A DNA stretch of 63,491 bases, counting the filler, from Licmophora abbreviata (taxonomy: Eukaryota): NCBI GenBank assembly GCA_900291995.1. It is 8 parts of 8 records of this genome, joined end to end, with 100 filler letters (N's around TTAATTAATTAA, not from the genome) between each part and the next. Parts side by side here need not be neighbours in the genome. Positions count along the whole stretch, not along the records: positions 1 to 19,252 come from OLMU01001424.1; 7 more parts are not named here. The stretch is one strand, 5' to 3'. The position numbers were made by a program, and so were the translations under genes. This document shows, one piece after another, positions 1 to 11,886 of the stretch (position 1 is its first letter; each line of letters starts with the position of its first letter). A model generated the notes under the pieces. That model ran no database searches, was not told the DNA's origin, and was given only the letters and a program-made list of their open reading frames with translations.

Positions 1-1
1 C

Positions 2-3000
2 ACGCAAGTATTTCATCTTGCATCCGAGGAGCACGACCGAGAGGAACGCAGTAGTATCGGGGGATGGAGAACTCTAGCCAATCGCTCCAGTCTTGCGGAC
101 AATCGACATGCTCCGCCAAGTGACGCGCTGGCGAAGATCGCCTCTGTCGACATCAACTTGCACGGGATCGTTGCGAGGGGGTGGGCCAGTACAGAGTTAG
201 AGCCTATAAGTGCTGCTGTAGCAGCGTTGCGAGTCATCTCTTCATGGGCCTTGCATGTTGAGGATATCATCACTGAGCGACACGGGCGCGACGGAGACAC
301 TACTCCAAATGAAACATCGACGCTCAGAACCCTCAGTCCATTTGGATTGATTTCCAGCTCAGCTGTATTGCCTCCAACGGCGCGGCTTAATAACCAGCTG
401 TCGTCTGCGTGGGACGCCTTTGGTGGATGTTCCATTGTGGATCTTCTTTTGCGATACATGGAATCTCCTGGGGTCGATCCGCGTGTCGACAACTGTGCCG
501 CCGCTGCGCAAGAAGCGATATCTCTTTGTGTTGCACACGAAACGCGTGCGGAAGAAAATTCTATCGTCACATCGATCTGTCGCTCGGCTTCTCAGCTGTC
601 TCGTAGCTCCTTTGACTTCGTCGACCGGACCTATAGAATGAGGGAAGACGTTGATGCTGATCGTTCTCACGTCGTGCGCGCTTTGAGTTATCTGCACTTT
701 CTTCGAGATATCATCAGCGCAGACGTAGTTGCTGCTCCGAAACTATTGTGCGCTCAATTCGGCACCGATCTGTTGAAGCTTCTTGCCACGATCGTCCACG
801 ATGTGGCGCTTTCGATGAAGATTGAACCCTCTAGCTACATCGAACGTGTCCAGCAGGACGAGAAATTGGGCCAGCAGCTACGACATGCTCATGCTTCCGT
901 CTGTCTGCTTGCCACCCTTTGGGGTGCCGCATGTCACTTGAGCACGATCACTGATACTGAGGGGGATACTTTGAAGAAGTTGATCATGACCTGCTCGGAA
1001 GACACGGAAGTCATCAAGGACGTGACGTTTCTAATCATTTCATACTCAGAAATGGACAATCAGAAGAACTCGAGTCTCTTACACCTGAATTGGTCTTCAG
1101 TACTTTGTGACACAGTCGCGGAAGCTTTCAGGCTTGCGGGTTCGGACATGGATATGGTTGCTACTCCCAAAGGTGGGGACTCATCGCGCTTTCATGAATT
1201 TAAAGAATTATTCCAACTTCCAGCAGAGAAATTCACGAGCATGGATAGCGCGTCGTTGGTCGCTGCCTCTGTGGAACGACTGAGATCGACACGATTTGAC
1301 CCCTCTTCACTTCTTTGGTCCTTTCGCAGCGAAGCTTCGAGTCGCTGCAATCATCGAGGTCGTCGTCAGAACGGAGACTTCGGTCTCGCTAGGATCGCCG
1401 CCTGGCTAGCCTTATACCTAGACATGGATGTATCCTCGAAACAAGCTGGTCTAACCGGTGCGTCATACGCTCTTCTGTCATGCCAGCTGTACCTGTGTTC
1501 TGCGTGGGGATCATTTACTTGCCAGTTGTCGACCGAGCCGAGTTTGGATATGCATTCATTTACCACCCTTGCGAAGGGTGTGTTGCGCTCTCTGCGAAGC
1601 ACTGTAGAGGTTTTAGAAGACTGCCAACTGTCTGGCTCAGGGGAGATTTTGTCATATGAAACCAGCCTCATGGGGAGGTCAGTCACTGCTGTATTTCTAC
1701 AAGTAGTCTCCACCCCTGTCTTGCCCGGAAACGTGGCTCGCGAGGTTCTTGGGCCATTCTTGGATGCAAGCGATCGTCTTTTCTCTCTGTCGATGGCACT
1801 TCCTGTCCGCACTCGTGATCCCCTTGATAATGTCCTGTCGCACCCACTCGGAGCTCTCGCTCCCTTGGACGCTCAAAACCGAAAATTGTCGCTTGTAAGT
1901 AGCACAAGAGGATCAATCGACGTGTCTTAAATCACAGACGGTCTCCTCATAAGTATCTCACTGTCTTGGCTCTACCCCAAAAAATAACGGCAGGAGAATG
2001 CAATTGTACAGAAGCATGTTCTAATGGCAGCGACACATCTTGTTGGCAGGTCGCAGACCGGTGCCCCGTCTTCGCGCTCACCGGTGCTCCCTAGCCTGTT
2101 TGGTTTCTGTCAGCTCACAGGAAAGAACCTCGCTTTTGTAGAGCTGTTGAGAAGTCAAGGCAAATCAGCTCCCAGATTTGATATTCTTGCTCAAGATTTG
2201 CTTCTCGCTTCTGTGTCTCTGCTCACTGCTCTGTCAACTGCAGTTCTGAGGTCCGGCGAGCCGCTGCTTTCGTCTCGACTTGCGCCAGGTCTACGAGACG
2301 GAAATGCTCTGATGTCCCTCGTTCGTGAGGCCCAGTTTGCATCGGTGCAGGCTGTAGATTCGCCATCTTCAAGCACAAGAGAAACCTCTGTGAATACAGT
2401 TCAATCGATACTTGCATTGTTGTGCGTAATAGCTGAGATCGGTTGTAATTCGCATGATGTGCGAGCCGCACTCGCCGAGGGTGGTATGATTTCTCAGTTG
2501 TTGCTGAGCAATCCACTTCTGATCTCATCCTGCAGTCGATGGGCATCTGAGTCTGAGAATGCTGATGTTCTTTCCATGCGAGGCTACCTTCCTGCGAAAG
2601 AGACCTCCGTCGCTCAGGCGGGCCGGACGTGTTCGGACGTTTCTGTCAATCCATCTCTGTCTGGAAGAGATGACCCCGCTCACGAAGTTTGGCGAACAGC
2701 GATTCAACTGGCGCGTCAACTTGTTCGAACCGAATCCCTTCTCAAGGACGAAGAACACGATGAAGTCGACATCCTGTTCTTCAGACTTGCCTGTGACTTC
2801 TTGTCGATCCATCACGCATCAGTTGTCTTATGCCTTCAAGAGTGTTGCTCGTTTCCTATAGGCAATGTCGAAAGCCTGGCGTCGCCTGGTCAAGGAAAGA
2901 AAGCGTTGACTTTCAATGTCCTCCTGGAGGCGAACGAACTACTGGCGATGCTGTCCAGACTTTTTTTGCCCTTTCATATGGACAGCTTCGCAAGCGCTTT

Positions 3001-4357
3001 TCCAGAATTGTACCGAACTTCTATCAATGCCTCAGGTGTTGTCATTGCTTGTCTCTCGAAGTTTTTGGGGTCAGCTGGGATGGCTAGAGAGCTGATTGCT
3101 GCTCTTTCAGATTTTGAGCAGACAGTTCAGAACAGCTCAGCGACCGACGATGGGGAGGAATGGGACTACCCTGATCGAATCAGCCCTTTACTTTCCCGGG
3201 GCGTCCCATATGCAAAACACCAGGCAATTCGAAGCGCACATACGGCTATTCGTTGTTGCGCTTGCGTCACCTCAGAGGATTATCGGTCCGTAAAGAGCCA
3301 ATCCTCCGATCGTGACGCGGGCTCGCAGGTAGCCCCGCCGTCTACCGCTTCATTAGAGAGAGAAAGCCAGTCATATATCGACAGCACTTTCCTGACTCGA
3401 ATGGAGTCTGCTGCGGCAAAGTGCCTCTCCAATGCTGTATACATACTTTGGCAAACCCACCCAGCTTCATCGTGTTTTGCTCTCTTTTCAGAGAAGGATC
3501 GGGAACGATTTGATCCAGTTTTGCTTGTCAAGGACGGCATGGTCGTTGCGCTATCCCCTGTAGAGCGCGTGGCTGAGACCGCTTGTCTAGAACCGGCTCT
3601 TTTTGCTCGGGTACTGCAAGTGGACACGATTCGACGCGTTCTTCACGTACGTTTCTTGGCTGGTGGGGCGCATGCATGCTCCGAAGAATCCGTTCCCGCG
3701 GAGCGACTCTGCGGTATTGAAAACACGATGAAAAGAGCTCCTATTCTTGCATATGAGCCCGCCGCTGACACGGCGATTGAGCTCAACGCTGTTACTAAAG
3801 AACAAACTGCGACCTTGGGTGATCTTTTGCTTGCCTTGCGCTGGTGCTACCAATACCAGGGCGGAAGCATTGACCCGACGACGACGAGATGGACGCGCCA
3901 GCTTCTCGCTGAACGCCTTACGATACTCTTAGGTGCAGAGGTGTCGCTACACCGTGAGGTGCGCACAATCGCAGAAGACGATCCCATCTCGAAACGCGTA
4001 AATGCACAGCTGCTTGGTTTGTTCGACGATCGCGGCGTTGGGGAAGATACTGGTGACAGTTCCCTCAAACCCCTTTTAAGTCATTCTCTTTGGGAGACTA
4101 TTCGAGGTAGGTCTCTCTCTCCCACCCGATCCAATACCTTTCTGCCTCTGAAACTCATACATCCCATTTGATCTCTTACACTACTTGAAGGACAAATTAG
4201 TAACGAGCTGGGTCGCGCTCGAAAGGAGCGAACGGATCATGAGATGGAGGAAGAGCGGAAAGAGAATTCCGCCAATATTGCGAGCACTTGGCAGCACATC
4301 CATCCTTCGACAACGAGAAAGAGCCCCTTTCGAGGTCTCGGAATGTCGCTGCGATAG
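2..4357 (+). CDS. Large Leu-rich alpha-helical protein, 5'-partial; possibly a Nup188/Nup205-type scaffold nucleoporin. Exons <2-1894, 2012-4106, 4191-4357
   Basis: The frame is open from base 2. Introns 1895-2011 (GTAAGT..TACAG, phase 0) and 4107-4190 (GTAGGT..GAAG, phase 1) join the 590-aa and 715-aa ORFs and a last exon ending ...GMSLR*. The gene model is solid; the nucleoporin identity is only a weak resemblance. Confidence 0.55.
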
Positions 4358-4454
4358 CTAGGAACGAGGACGACACCTGAGCTATCAAAAATAGGAGAAA
4401 TTTCGTTCGACGTCACTTATGCGTGTTTTGTGTGTTGAGTATTTATTACCATCA

Positions 4455-7400
4455 TTACCACGGGTAGGCAGCTTGATCTCCCAAGTCTGCTGGCGATGGA
4501 ATTCCCATCCCCCCGTCGGCAGCGGCGCCTCCCATCACATTGCTATTGAACCCACCGCCAAATCCCATGGGCTGTCCGCCGTTGCCATAACCGGTATCCA
4601 TCTGAGCCATAGCACCGTTGGACTTTTCTTGGGGTACTGGAATACCGTACGATCCACCGCCATTGGGGGCAACCGATACCATCTGATGCTGTACTTCGGC
4701 TGCATGCGACTGTCGTGACTGTGCGGCCACCGCATCCATCTCCGCCTTTTCTGCAACTTCTCTAAGCCTCTCCGACTCCTGTCTTGTCTGCATGGCTAGT
4801 GTCTGGGCAGTGTTGGCTTGGCCTTGCATGTCCATAAAGTCCTTTCTTTTCTGAGCAGCCTCTTGTTTTGCTTTTTCGGCTTCCTTCTGCAGCCAACGCA
4901 CGAGGCGAAACGAAACAAAAAGAATGTGAGACTCGCAAGCTATGCGGCGAGCAAATTCTACCACAGATCAGCTAATACATACCGCATCCTTCTTCTTTCC
5001 TCGTCCGAAGCGACCCTTCTTCTCAGAGGCGTGAGAGGTCTTCGCTCGAGCTTCAGCCTCTGCTTGGTCGGCAATTTTCCGGAGATCGTCCACCTGCGCT
5101 GCCAGCGTCCGACTCGTGTTTTCCGCTTCGCGAGCAGTCTCTTCTGCCTGGAGCGCCTTTCCTTTGAGCTGCTCCACTTCAGCAGCCGACGGCGATGACG
5201 GAATCACCGCGTCCTGCAAGGGATCCGATTCAGCCCCAGCTGGCTCCGAAAATGGAACTGACGACGGTGAAGTCACACCACCCATGAGCCCGTCCGTTGC
5301 ATAACTCGGCACTCGCTCTTGCATGGCGGCAGGTGCGGGGATGGCGACAGGTGCAGGGATACCGTCATACGGGCTGTACGACGTGTCCGGCTGATGAGTC
5401 GGTTCCGGAGCGTACTGCTGCTGCTGCTGCGGAATGGGAACTTCCTCTACAGCGTCGCTGTCCTCCGAGGTCACCGACTGGATCATGGGAGGAGCAGCTG
5501 CTGCCATGGGAGCGGCGTCAAATCCAAACAAGTCCGCCTCGTTGACATGGGTATCCATGGTCGGTGCTACGTGTTCTCTGTGCTCAACTTCATCCGTGAA
5601 TTCATGTACACCCCCCTAGCGCCGTATCCAGGGCCTCCTTTGTTGCGCGGGTATCGCCAATCAAGTCGTTCAGCTCGCTACAGATAGGAAAAGCAGAAGA
5701 TGTGTCTGTGAGAAAAAGTGCGCTTCGCACATGGACCTCAGGGCACTTCTGGATGCCCTGCTCACATGTTTACTTACGCCTGCTTGTCCTTGTGTCCCTT
5801 CAACTCGGCCGTCGCTTCCAGCAAGGCCGACTTGGCCGCCAACACTTGGGCCCGCAGAGTCGTTAGCTCGCTCGATAGACGCCCAATCTCCGCCACAGTT
5901 GCCGAGATTTCTTTCTGCACTTCCTTTTCTTCTGCCGACATGTGACCCATCGACGCCTTCAGCGAAATATTCTCCGCCTGCAATTTCTGGAGCGTCTCTT
6001 TCAGTTTCGCCAGTTCCTCATGTTCGTCGCCCTGGTCGTACGACGCCGCCAACTGTTTCGTCGACATGATTGTCGGCGCGGGAGCCGCTGCGACTTGGGC
6101 CGCCATCTGCATGGCTGGAGCTGGGGCAGCAACCACGGATGGTTCGGGGATGGAGCTCACCGAGAGCGTATCGGCTCCGATCGAGGCCGCCGCCGTGACG
6201 GCCGCAGCCGCAAAGACCGCAGACGCATTGGAAGGTTGCTCCGGAGGAGGCAAGGCGGCATCCTGCATGGGGGTCGACTCCATCAGACCGCCACTCATCG
6301 TTCCCATGCCCGTCATGCCACCGTCACTCATCGTTCCCATGCCCGTCATGCCACCACCACCGGTCGAGAGTCCTTCAAAGGCATCACTGATACTCACGCC
6401 CCCCGAGGGAGCAAGCGGGGGAGGACCGCTCAAGGTACTCATTACACTAGCATCGCTTGTCGCAGTTTGAGCGATCGTCGGTGGTAGATTCGGAGGAGCC
6501 GACATGGCCGACACCTGCGGCGATGGTGGCTGCTGTGGAACTGGTCGAAGCGAAGGAGACGCCCCTTGCTGAGCTTGTTGTTGAGACTTGAGCATCTTGA
6601 GCGATACCGGCAGTGAAGGCGGCATGGGGAGATTTTTCTTGCTGATACAGACAATGAGATGCATAGCCATGGCGAATTCCAAGGGATCGAGTCGATTGTC
6701 AATGGGATTGTCGACCATATTCCAAATGGCGCCGAGTTGATCTTGGGGCAAACCACTCTTCTTGAAGAGTTCCACCGCTTCGTTGCCATAGACATATCCC
6801 TCCTTGGCGAACTGGGGAAAGAGTTGTTCGTAACGCGATTGTTCGTTGGGGGGCAGGCTGTAGGGGTCCTGGGCCGTGAGGGCTGTACTCATGGCGGTAG
6901 GAGCCGGAGGACGTGGCTGGGGCGGACGCGGGGGTGTGGGAGCAGCTTGCTGCTGCTGGGGAGCTGTAGCAGGTTGAGGAAGCGGAATTGTCACGCCGCT
7001 GACACCCTCAAACATGACAGGCTTCAGGGTGGGTCCAGGAGGAGCCGCCAGGGTGGCTCCCTGTCCTTGGACTCCATTTTGGGAGAGCTGAATGAGTCGG
7101 ACAGCCGTGTAAAACTTGCGAACGTCCAAGGAGTTGTTGGTCGGATTCTGATCTGCCAGCGTCCAGACATTTTTCAAGACATCGACCGGCAGCTTGGAGC
7201 GAGAAAAGAAGCCAACAGCTTCGGCGCCGCCCAATGATCCCTTGCGGCCTGTATCTGCAGCTTGAAACAAAGCATCGAAATACGGCTGGGTTCGGACAAG
7301 TATGAAAGAGAGGCAGAACAAGCAGGATGGATCAGTGGGGGTGCTACAGAGCGATGAGTGATTTAATGATACTAGACTCTAGCAAGGGCCGAAGAAGCAT

Positions 7401-7576
7401 ACAAGACGAGATTTTTCATTCCTGGATCCAGCAAGCGTTGTTCACTCCCGCCGCTCCAGATTCGCGGTCGCTCGACACTACTGAAATCAGAATCATCGCG
7501 CGCGTTTTCGTTCTCGCGCTTCTTCTGTCTCTCTCACCTGCTCATTGGGATCCGGCGTGTACGAAACAGACGCCAT
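4455..7576 (-). CDS. EH-domain endocytic adaptor (Eps15/Ede1-like): two EH domains, Pro-rich linker, coiled coils. Exons 7576-7538, 7285-5778, 5677-4983, 4886-4455
   Basis: EH motifs FDALF..GAEAVGFFSRSKLPVDVLKNVWTLAD and YEQLF..LFKKSGLPQDQLGAIWNMVD..EFAMAMHLI. Exon 1 encodes MASVSYTPDPNEQ followed by a GTGAGA donor. There is an apparent +1 frameshift in the homopolymer at 5611-5616. Confidence 0.85.
6288..6355. repeat. 33-bp tandem duplication encoding GGMTGMGTMS(D/G) twice
   Basis: cactcatcgttcccatgcccgtcatgccacc occurs at 6292 and 6325. Confidence 0.9.
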
Positions 7577-7726
7577 GGTCGTATACAAAGGCTTTGCCAA
7601 GGACAACAAAGACAACAACAACGCACAAGGGGGCAAGGCGCAATATTATGGTCTGCTTCTTCATGGATCTTGAGAGAGGTGCCTTTCGGCAGTTGTCTCT
7701 GGTACACAACGAGTAGAATTCTACCG

Positions 7727-7815
7727 AGAGCGAGCCGGTATGCGTTGAATGATGATGATGACCTCATCCTTTCGAGTGTGTTCGCTCGAGGCGAACTCTG
7801 ACAATGGGCTCGCTT
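7727..7815 (+). ncRNA. Candidate box C/D small RNA (snoRNA-like)
   Basis: ATGATGA (7749-7755) and CTGA (7798-7801) are closed by a cgttg/caatg stem in kink-turn geometry, with an outer stem gagcgagcc/ggctcgctt. No guide target was identified. Confidence 0.3.
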
Positions 7816-8007
7816 TTGGGGGTCTTGCCTTCGTACGGCGGTACCCTCCAAATGTGTGACGTGTGTTTTTCTTCCAGCGGGCGGAGATGAAGTTCATCGC
7901 CAAAACCGTATGAGATCACGACGACACATCACACACACACTTGTATCTATAAACCTGGAGCGACTTCCATTGTAAGACGGCAAAAGAGGCCCAGCCCATT
8001 CATTACA

Positions 8008-10335
8008 TTGATGATTTGTCTCATCCGTATGATACGTAGCTTGCAGGCTCTGATGATGATTCTCGGAAGTGTTCGGGCGGCGTTTCGGACATCAGCCTTT
8101 CGAATCCCAACATCATCCTCTCCTTCGCTCGCGACGACGATGATGCCACCACCCCGCGTCAGTAATACTGCTCTGTTCCAACGCCCTTCCGACGATGACC
8201 TTTCCCAATCAGTGAATTCCATGTTGGGAATGTTTCTCGGTAGAGCCTCGAAAATGAGCGATGATGACGACGACGATATTATTAATTATAGTGCCGAACG
8301 AGAGCCCGAGTCACCAGGGAATAATGTTGGTGAGCACTACGACGACCAACACACACACATTCCCCCCGACGACCCGGGAGCCATCGCGATCAAGGCTATG
8401 AAGAGTTCCACGCGAACTATATCCCCTAGAAGTCTCTACAAGGGCGTGCCGGCATCGACATTGTTGAATACTGCTGCACGGCGTGCTGCTGATGGTGTGG
8501 TAGTGAGCAGTGACGTGAACAGAGATGGCTCCTTCGACGAAGGTGCCAAGGATCCATCGGATTCAAGTATTCCTGGAAGTAGTAGTTCTCCAGCCTTGTT
8601 GGGAGGATCCTTGGGCGAAGATGATCGAGCGTCGGCGCGTACCCTTGCCATCAAGAATGGTCAGCTGGGCCTCAAGTCGGAGAGCGGCGGCAGCCACAAG
8701 TATGAGAACAAGATGGAGGGAGGCGGTGCCGTGTCCTCCGACACTGCAGCGTCTGAAAAGAAGAGTAGAGATGTTTACAAGGGCGTACCGGCATCGCCTT
8801 TGCTCAATACTGCTGCACGACGCACCGCGGATGCGGTGCCTAGTAACCCGAGCGTCACGAACGAGTCCGGACGCGATGATGTTGTGCAGCCATTGGGGAC
8901 AGCCCCAGGTCGCAGCTCTGCGAGCTCATTGCTGGGAGGATCTCTGGGAGAGGACGATCTAGCATCTGCGCGGACTCTTGCAATCAAGAATAATCAACTG
9001 GAGGTCAAATCGGAGGGCGACAGCAACTTGGTGGGTGAGGGCGATGATCTCTACAAGAGTGTACCAGCATCCCCATTGCTCAATACCGCCGCACGACGCA
9101 TTGCGGACTCTGTACCAGATAATCCTAGCACGATGCCAAACGTGCCGGTGGATGAAGAACAGCAGCCTGATATTCCTGGTCGCAGCGCAGTAAGAGAGGA
9201 CGGTCTGCTGGGGGGCTTTTTGGGCGGAAACGAAGATAGTGAGGCTGCCAGAAGCGGAAAGGATCTCTACGAAGGCATACCGGCATCTCCATTGTTGAAT
9301 ACGGCTGCGCGCCGCGATACGGACGGCGAATCATTGTCCAAACCCAAAACAGTCTTGTCGGATGTCAAAGAGCTTCCGGAAAGCAAAGCGGCGGTCGTTG
9401 ACGAAGACTCCAAGACGCAATGGTCAGAGGGTGAAGAGATCGCCGCCGATGCCGAACCCGACACGTCTGCATCAGTTGAAAAGCCAACTGTATCCATTCC
9501 CAGCTCGTCTCCAGTCGGCTCTCGGGCACTCTCAACCACCACGACCTCAACGGCGAGAACCGAATCGTACTTGGGCAATCCCACCATATCAGCGACAGCT
9601 CTCGCCCACTCGCAGTGGTCTCATGTTATCCGACCCAATATTGATACAGTAATTGATGCTACCTGTGGAAATGGCAACGATTCAGAGGCGCTGGCCAAGA
9701 TGTTGTTTCAAAACAGTGAGCAGCAAAGCGCTACAGCTCCACAGTTGCTGTGCATTGACATCCAAGAGAGCGCGTGTAAGAAGACACGCGAGCGATTAGA
9801 AGAGTTACTCCCAAAGGATACGATGGAGGATTATGTGGATATTGTGGAGAGTTCTCATGCTCCGCTGCCTGTGCCTCGTGATATGTCATCGGTCGGTCTG
9901 GTGTGCTACAACTTGGGCTATCTTCCAAAGAGTTTCCAAAAGGATCTGCATACGAAAATGGAAACGACCACCGCCAGTGTTGCCCATGCAGCGTTGTTGC
10001 TTCGGGTTGGTGGAATGCTGAGCGTGACGGCATATCCACGGACCAATCCGAATGAGGATTATGCGGTGTACTCGTTACTGGAGGGAATGGCGTTGTTCAC
10101 ATCCGACGAAATGGACTGGAGAGAGTACCCGGAGCAGCTGGGCCCGGACGTTGTCTTGACGAGCCGTTTGACTGATTCCTACGAGCCAACCTTTCAAGTG
10201 CGGGAGTCCGTGCGGAGTGCGCTCGAGCTTATTCATAAACACGGTGCACCGAATCAAACCTGGCGTGTCATGGAGTACAAGCTGCTGGGGCGAGCCATGT
10301 CTCCCGTGCTCCTCACAGCGACTCGCATCAAGTGA
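8008..10335 (+). CDS. Probably plastid-targeted class I SAM methyltransferase (YtqB/MnmM, 'putative rRNA methylase' family) with a long repetitive disordered N-terminus; true ATG probably 8011-8056
   Basis: C-terminal motifs VIDATCGNGNDS, CIDIQ, YNLGYLP, METT, VGGMLSVTAY. The N-terminus has a hydrophobic signal followed by A-F / SAF and an S/T/R-rich transit-like segment. Confidence 0.8.
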   Translation: MMICLIRMIRSLQALMMILGSVRAAFRTSAFRIPTSSSPSLATTMMPPPRVSNTALFQRPSDDDLSQSVNSMLGMFLGRASKMSDDDDDDIINYSAEREPESPGNNVGEHYDDQHTHIPPDDPGAIAIKAMKSSTRTISPRSLYKGVPASTLLNTAARRAADGVVVSSDVNRDGSFDEGAKDPSDSSIPGSSSSPALLGGSLGEDDRASARTLAIKNGQLGLKSESGGSHKYENKMEGGGAVSSDTAASEKKSRDVYKGVPASPLLNTAARRTADAVPSNPSVTNESGRDDVVQPLGTAPGRSSASSLLGGSLGEDDLASARTLAIKNNQLEVKSEGDSNLVGEGDDLYKSVPASPLLNTAARRIADSVPDNPSTMPNVPVDEEQQPDIPGRSAVREDGLLGGFLGGNEDSEAARSGKDLYEGIPASPLLNTAARRDTDGESLSKPKTVLSDVKELPESKAAVVDEDSKTQWSEGEEIAADAEPDTSASVEKPTVSIPSSSPVGSRALSTTTTSTARTESYLGNPTISATALAHSQWSHVIRPNIDTVIDATCGNGNDSEALAKMLFQNSEQQSATAPQLLCIDIQESACKKTRERLEELLPKDTMEDYVDIVESSHAPLPVPRDMSSVGLVCYNLGYLPKSFQKDLHTKMETTTASVAHAALLLRVGGMLSVTAYPRTNPNEDYAVYSLLEGMALFTSDEMDWREYPEQLGPDVVLTSRLTDSYEPTFQVRESVRSALELIHKHGAPNQTWRVMEYKLLGRAMSPVLLTATRIK
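8431..9315 (+). repeat. Dispersed internal coding repeats: 4x (D)LYKGVPASPLLNTAARR and 2-3x LLGGSLGEDDxASARTLAIKNxQL
   Basis: Motif A lies at about 8431, 8770, 9046 and 9262. Motif B lies at about 8596 and 8929, with a degenerate copy at about 9205. Confidence 0.9.
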
Positions 10336-10628
10336 TTTATATACAGCGCAGTATGGGGATAATCACGGGATAACTAAACGTTGAGTGTGAATATGGACAG
10401 TTGTTGCCACGGTCTCTAGGGTTAGTTGATGAGCTGGGTGCGCAAAGCCGGCTCTGACCTTGGACTCGCTTTTTGTCTGTACACCGCAATCGGCCGTACG
10501 AAGTCGACCCACTGAAAGCGAGGATTCGATATCGAACTTAAGACAACATACGCTAACAGTCTACTACGTATCTTTTCTTTGATAATTGGCGCTTTACTTT
10601 TTACTCCGTACTGGTCTCTGGCGACCCA

Positions 10629-11528
10629 TTATTTCTTTGCCATCTGCTTCTGGTAAAATGCAAGCTCGGGGCCTTCCAGAACGACACCGTCACAGCGGCC
10701 GGTCTGTCCGGGCCGCGAGGTGATCTTGGCGAAGAGACGTCCGGCAGCAAATTGGTGATCAAGAGCCGGCTCCAATTTGCGGCTAGCCTGTCGCGCCTTG
10801 AGCTTCTTGCGCACCTGCTCCGACTTGGACGAAAGGTCAATCGAAGGAGTTTCAGCCTCGGCGGATCCCTTCTTGTGTCCAATCGTCACACCATAGTGCG
10901 CCTCGTACCATGTCTTGAAAGGATGCGCATCAATCAAAATGATGGCACCCTTGACAAGAGTCTTGGTACGCACCAGCTCGTTGTTGGAGGCATTGTAGGT
11001 GACATCCAACACACGCACCTTGCGCGTGCACACCTCCGTGCCCCACGAAAAGTTTCCAGAATCCAACCGCAGGGCGCGAAACTTCAGGTTGCCGCCCCGG
11101 CAGCGGACCTCGTGGATGCGAGGCTCGCCGATCTTGGTCATGGCGGCCGGACGTCCGAGTTCGAACTTGCGCTTCTTGCGAAACTTGGCTCGACGGCCTC
11201 CTGTCTCGCGGCGCTTGTGCCGTCCTTCACGTGTAATACCCTGTTTCGAACAAGAGCAAGAAAAGTGGCGTTAGAGAGTCCAATCGTTATTAGAGAACCA
11301 GCCCCTCGTTTCTGGAGCATACATCCCCATGGCCAGAACAACCGACACTAGCAAGGGCATCTCTCGTCCTTTTTCCAGTAGCAAACATGAGGCTCAGTAC
11401 CCGTGACGACCCAGAAGCAACGCAAGAGAGGAGCTTCCCGCTTCTTTCCTGCTGTCTCCTCTTCAGCCCTTCTTTCCACTAGTTCATGTCTTTCATTGCG
11501 AGCTATCTATATGTGTTTCACTGACCAT
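10629..11528 (-). CDS. RPS8: 40S ribosomal protein S8 (eS8). Exons 11528-11526 (ATG only), 11240-10629
   Basis: [72 protein letters not shown]. Intron GTCAGT..AACAG spans 11525-11241. Confidence 0.97.
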
Positions 11529-11886
11529 GGTTGTTGTCTGCTACGATCAATTCGCTTTGGCAAAGTCCAACAAAGCAAAGCAAACCACAGTGCGAGGATG
11601 ATGCGATGCTGGATGATCCATTGAATTCCCGTGTGCGGCGGCAGAGCGATTTGCGTAGAACGTGGTACAAACGTTACGTGAGTAGTAAAAGGTAAGAAGA
11701 CATCTTGGGGTCTGGCCGTCGGTCATGGATCACCCGTGATGATGGACGTGAGGAGTGCCTGCGTAGGACCTCAGTACAAAATCTACACGGCCTCTTCCAC
11801 CCTCGCCTTTTGGCATCATCATCATCATTGTTGCTCGTGTTCATTGCGTAACTTTGAGCCAAAGAAGACACGTCTAAACAACAGCA
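11529..11886. promoter_or_regulatory. Probable bidirectional promoter between divergent RPS8 and eIF1A
   Basis: Only 358 bp separate the two start codons. No specific element was identified. Confidence 0.5.

Noticed and set aside
8431..9315. Regularly recurring ~50-bp repeats as a CRISPR-like array
   Set aside because: The repeats are in-frame, vary at synonymous positions, have spacers over 150 bp and have no cas genes nearby. They are protein repeats.
11241..11525. Intronic snoRNA in the relatively long RPS8 intron
   Set aside because: I found no convincing C box/D box pair or H/ACA layout on the sense strand.
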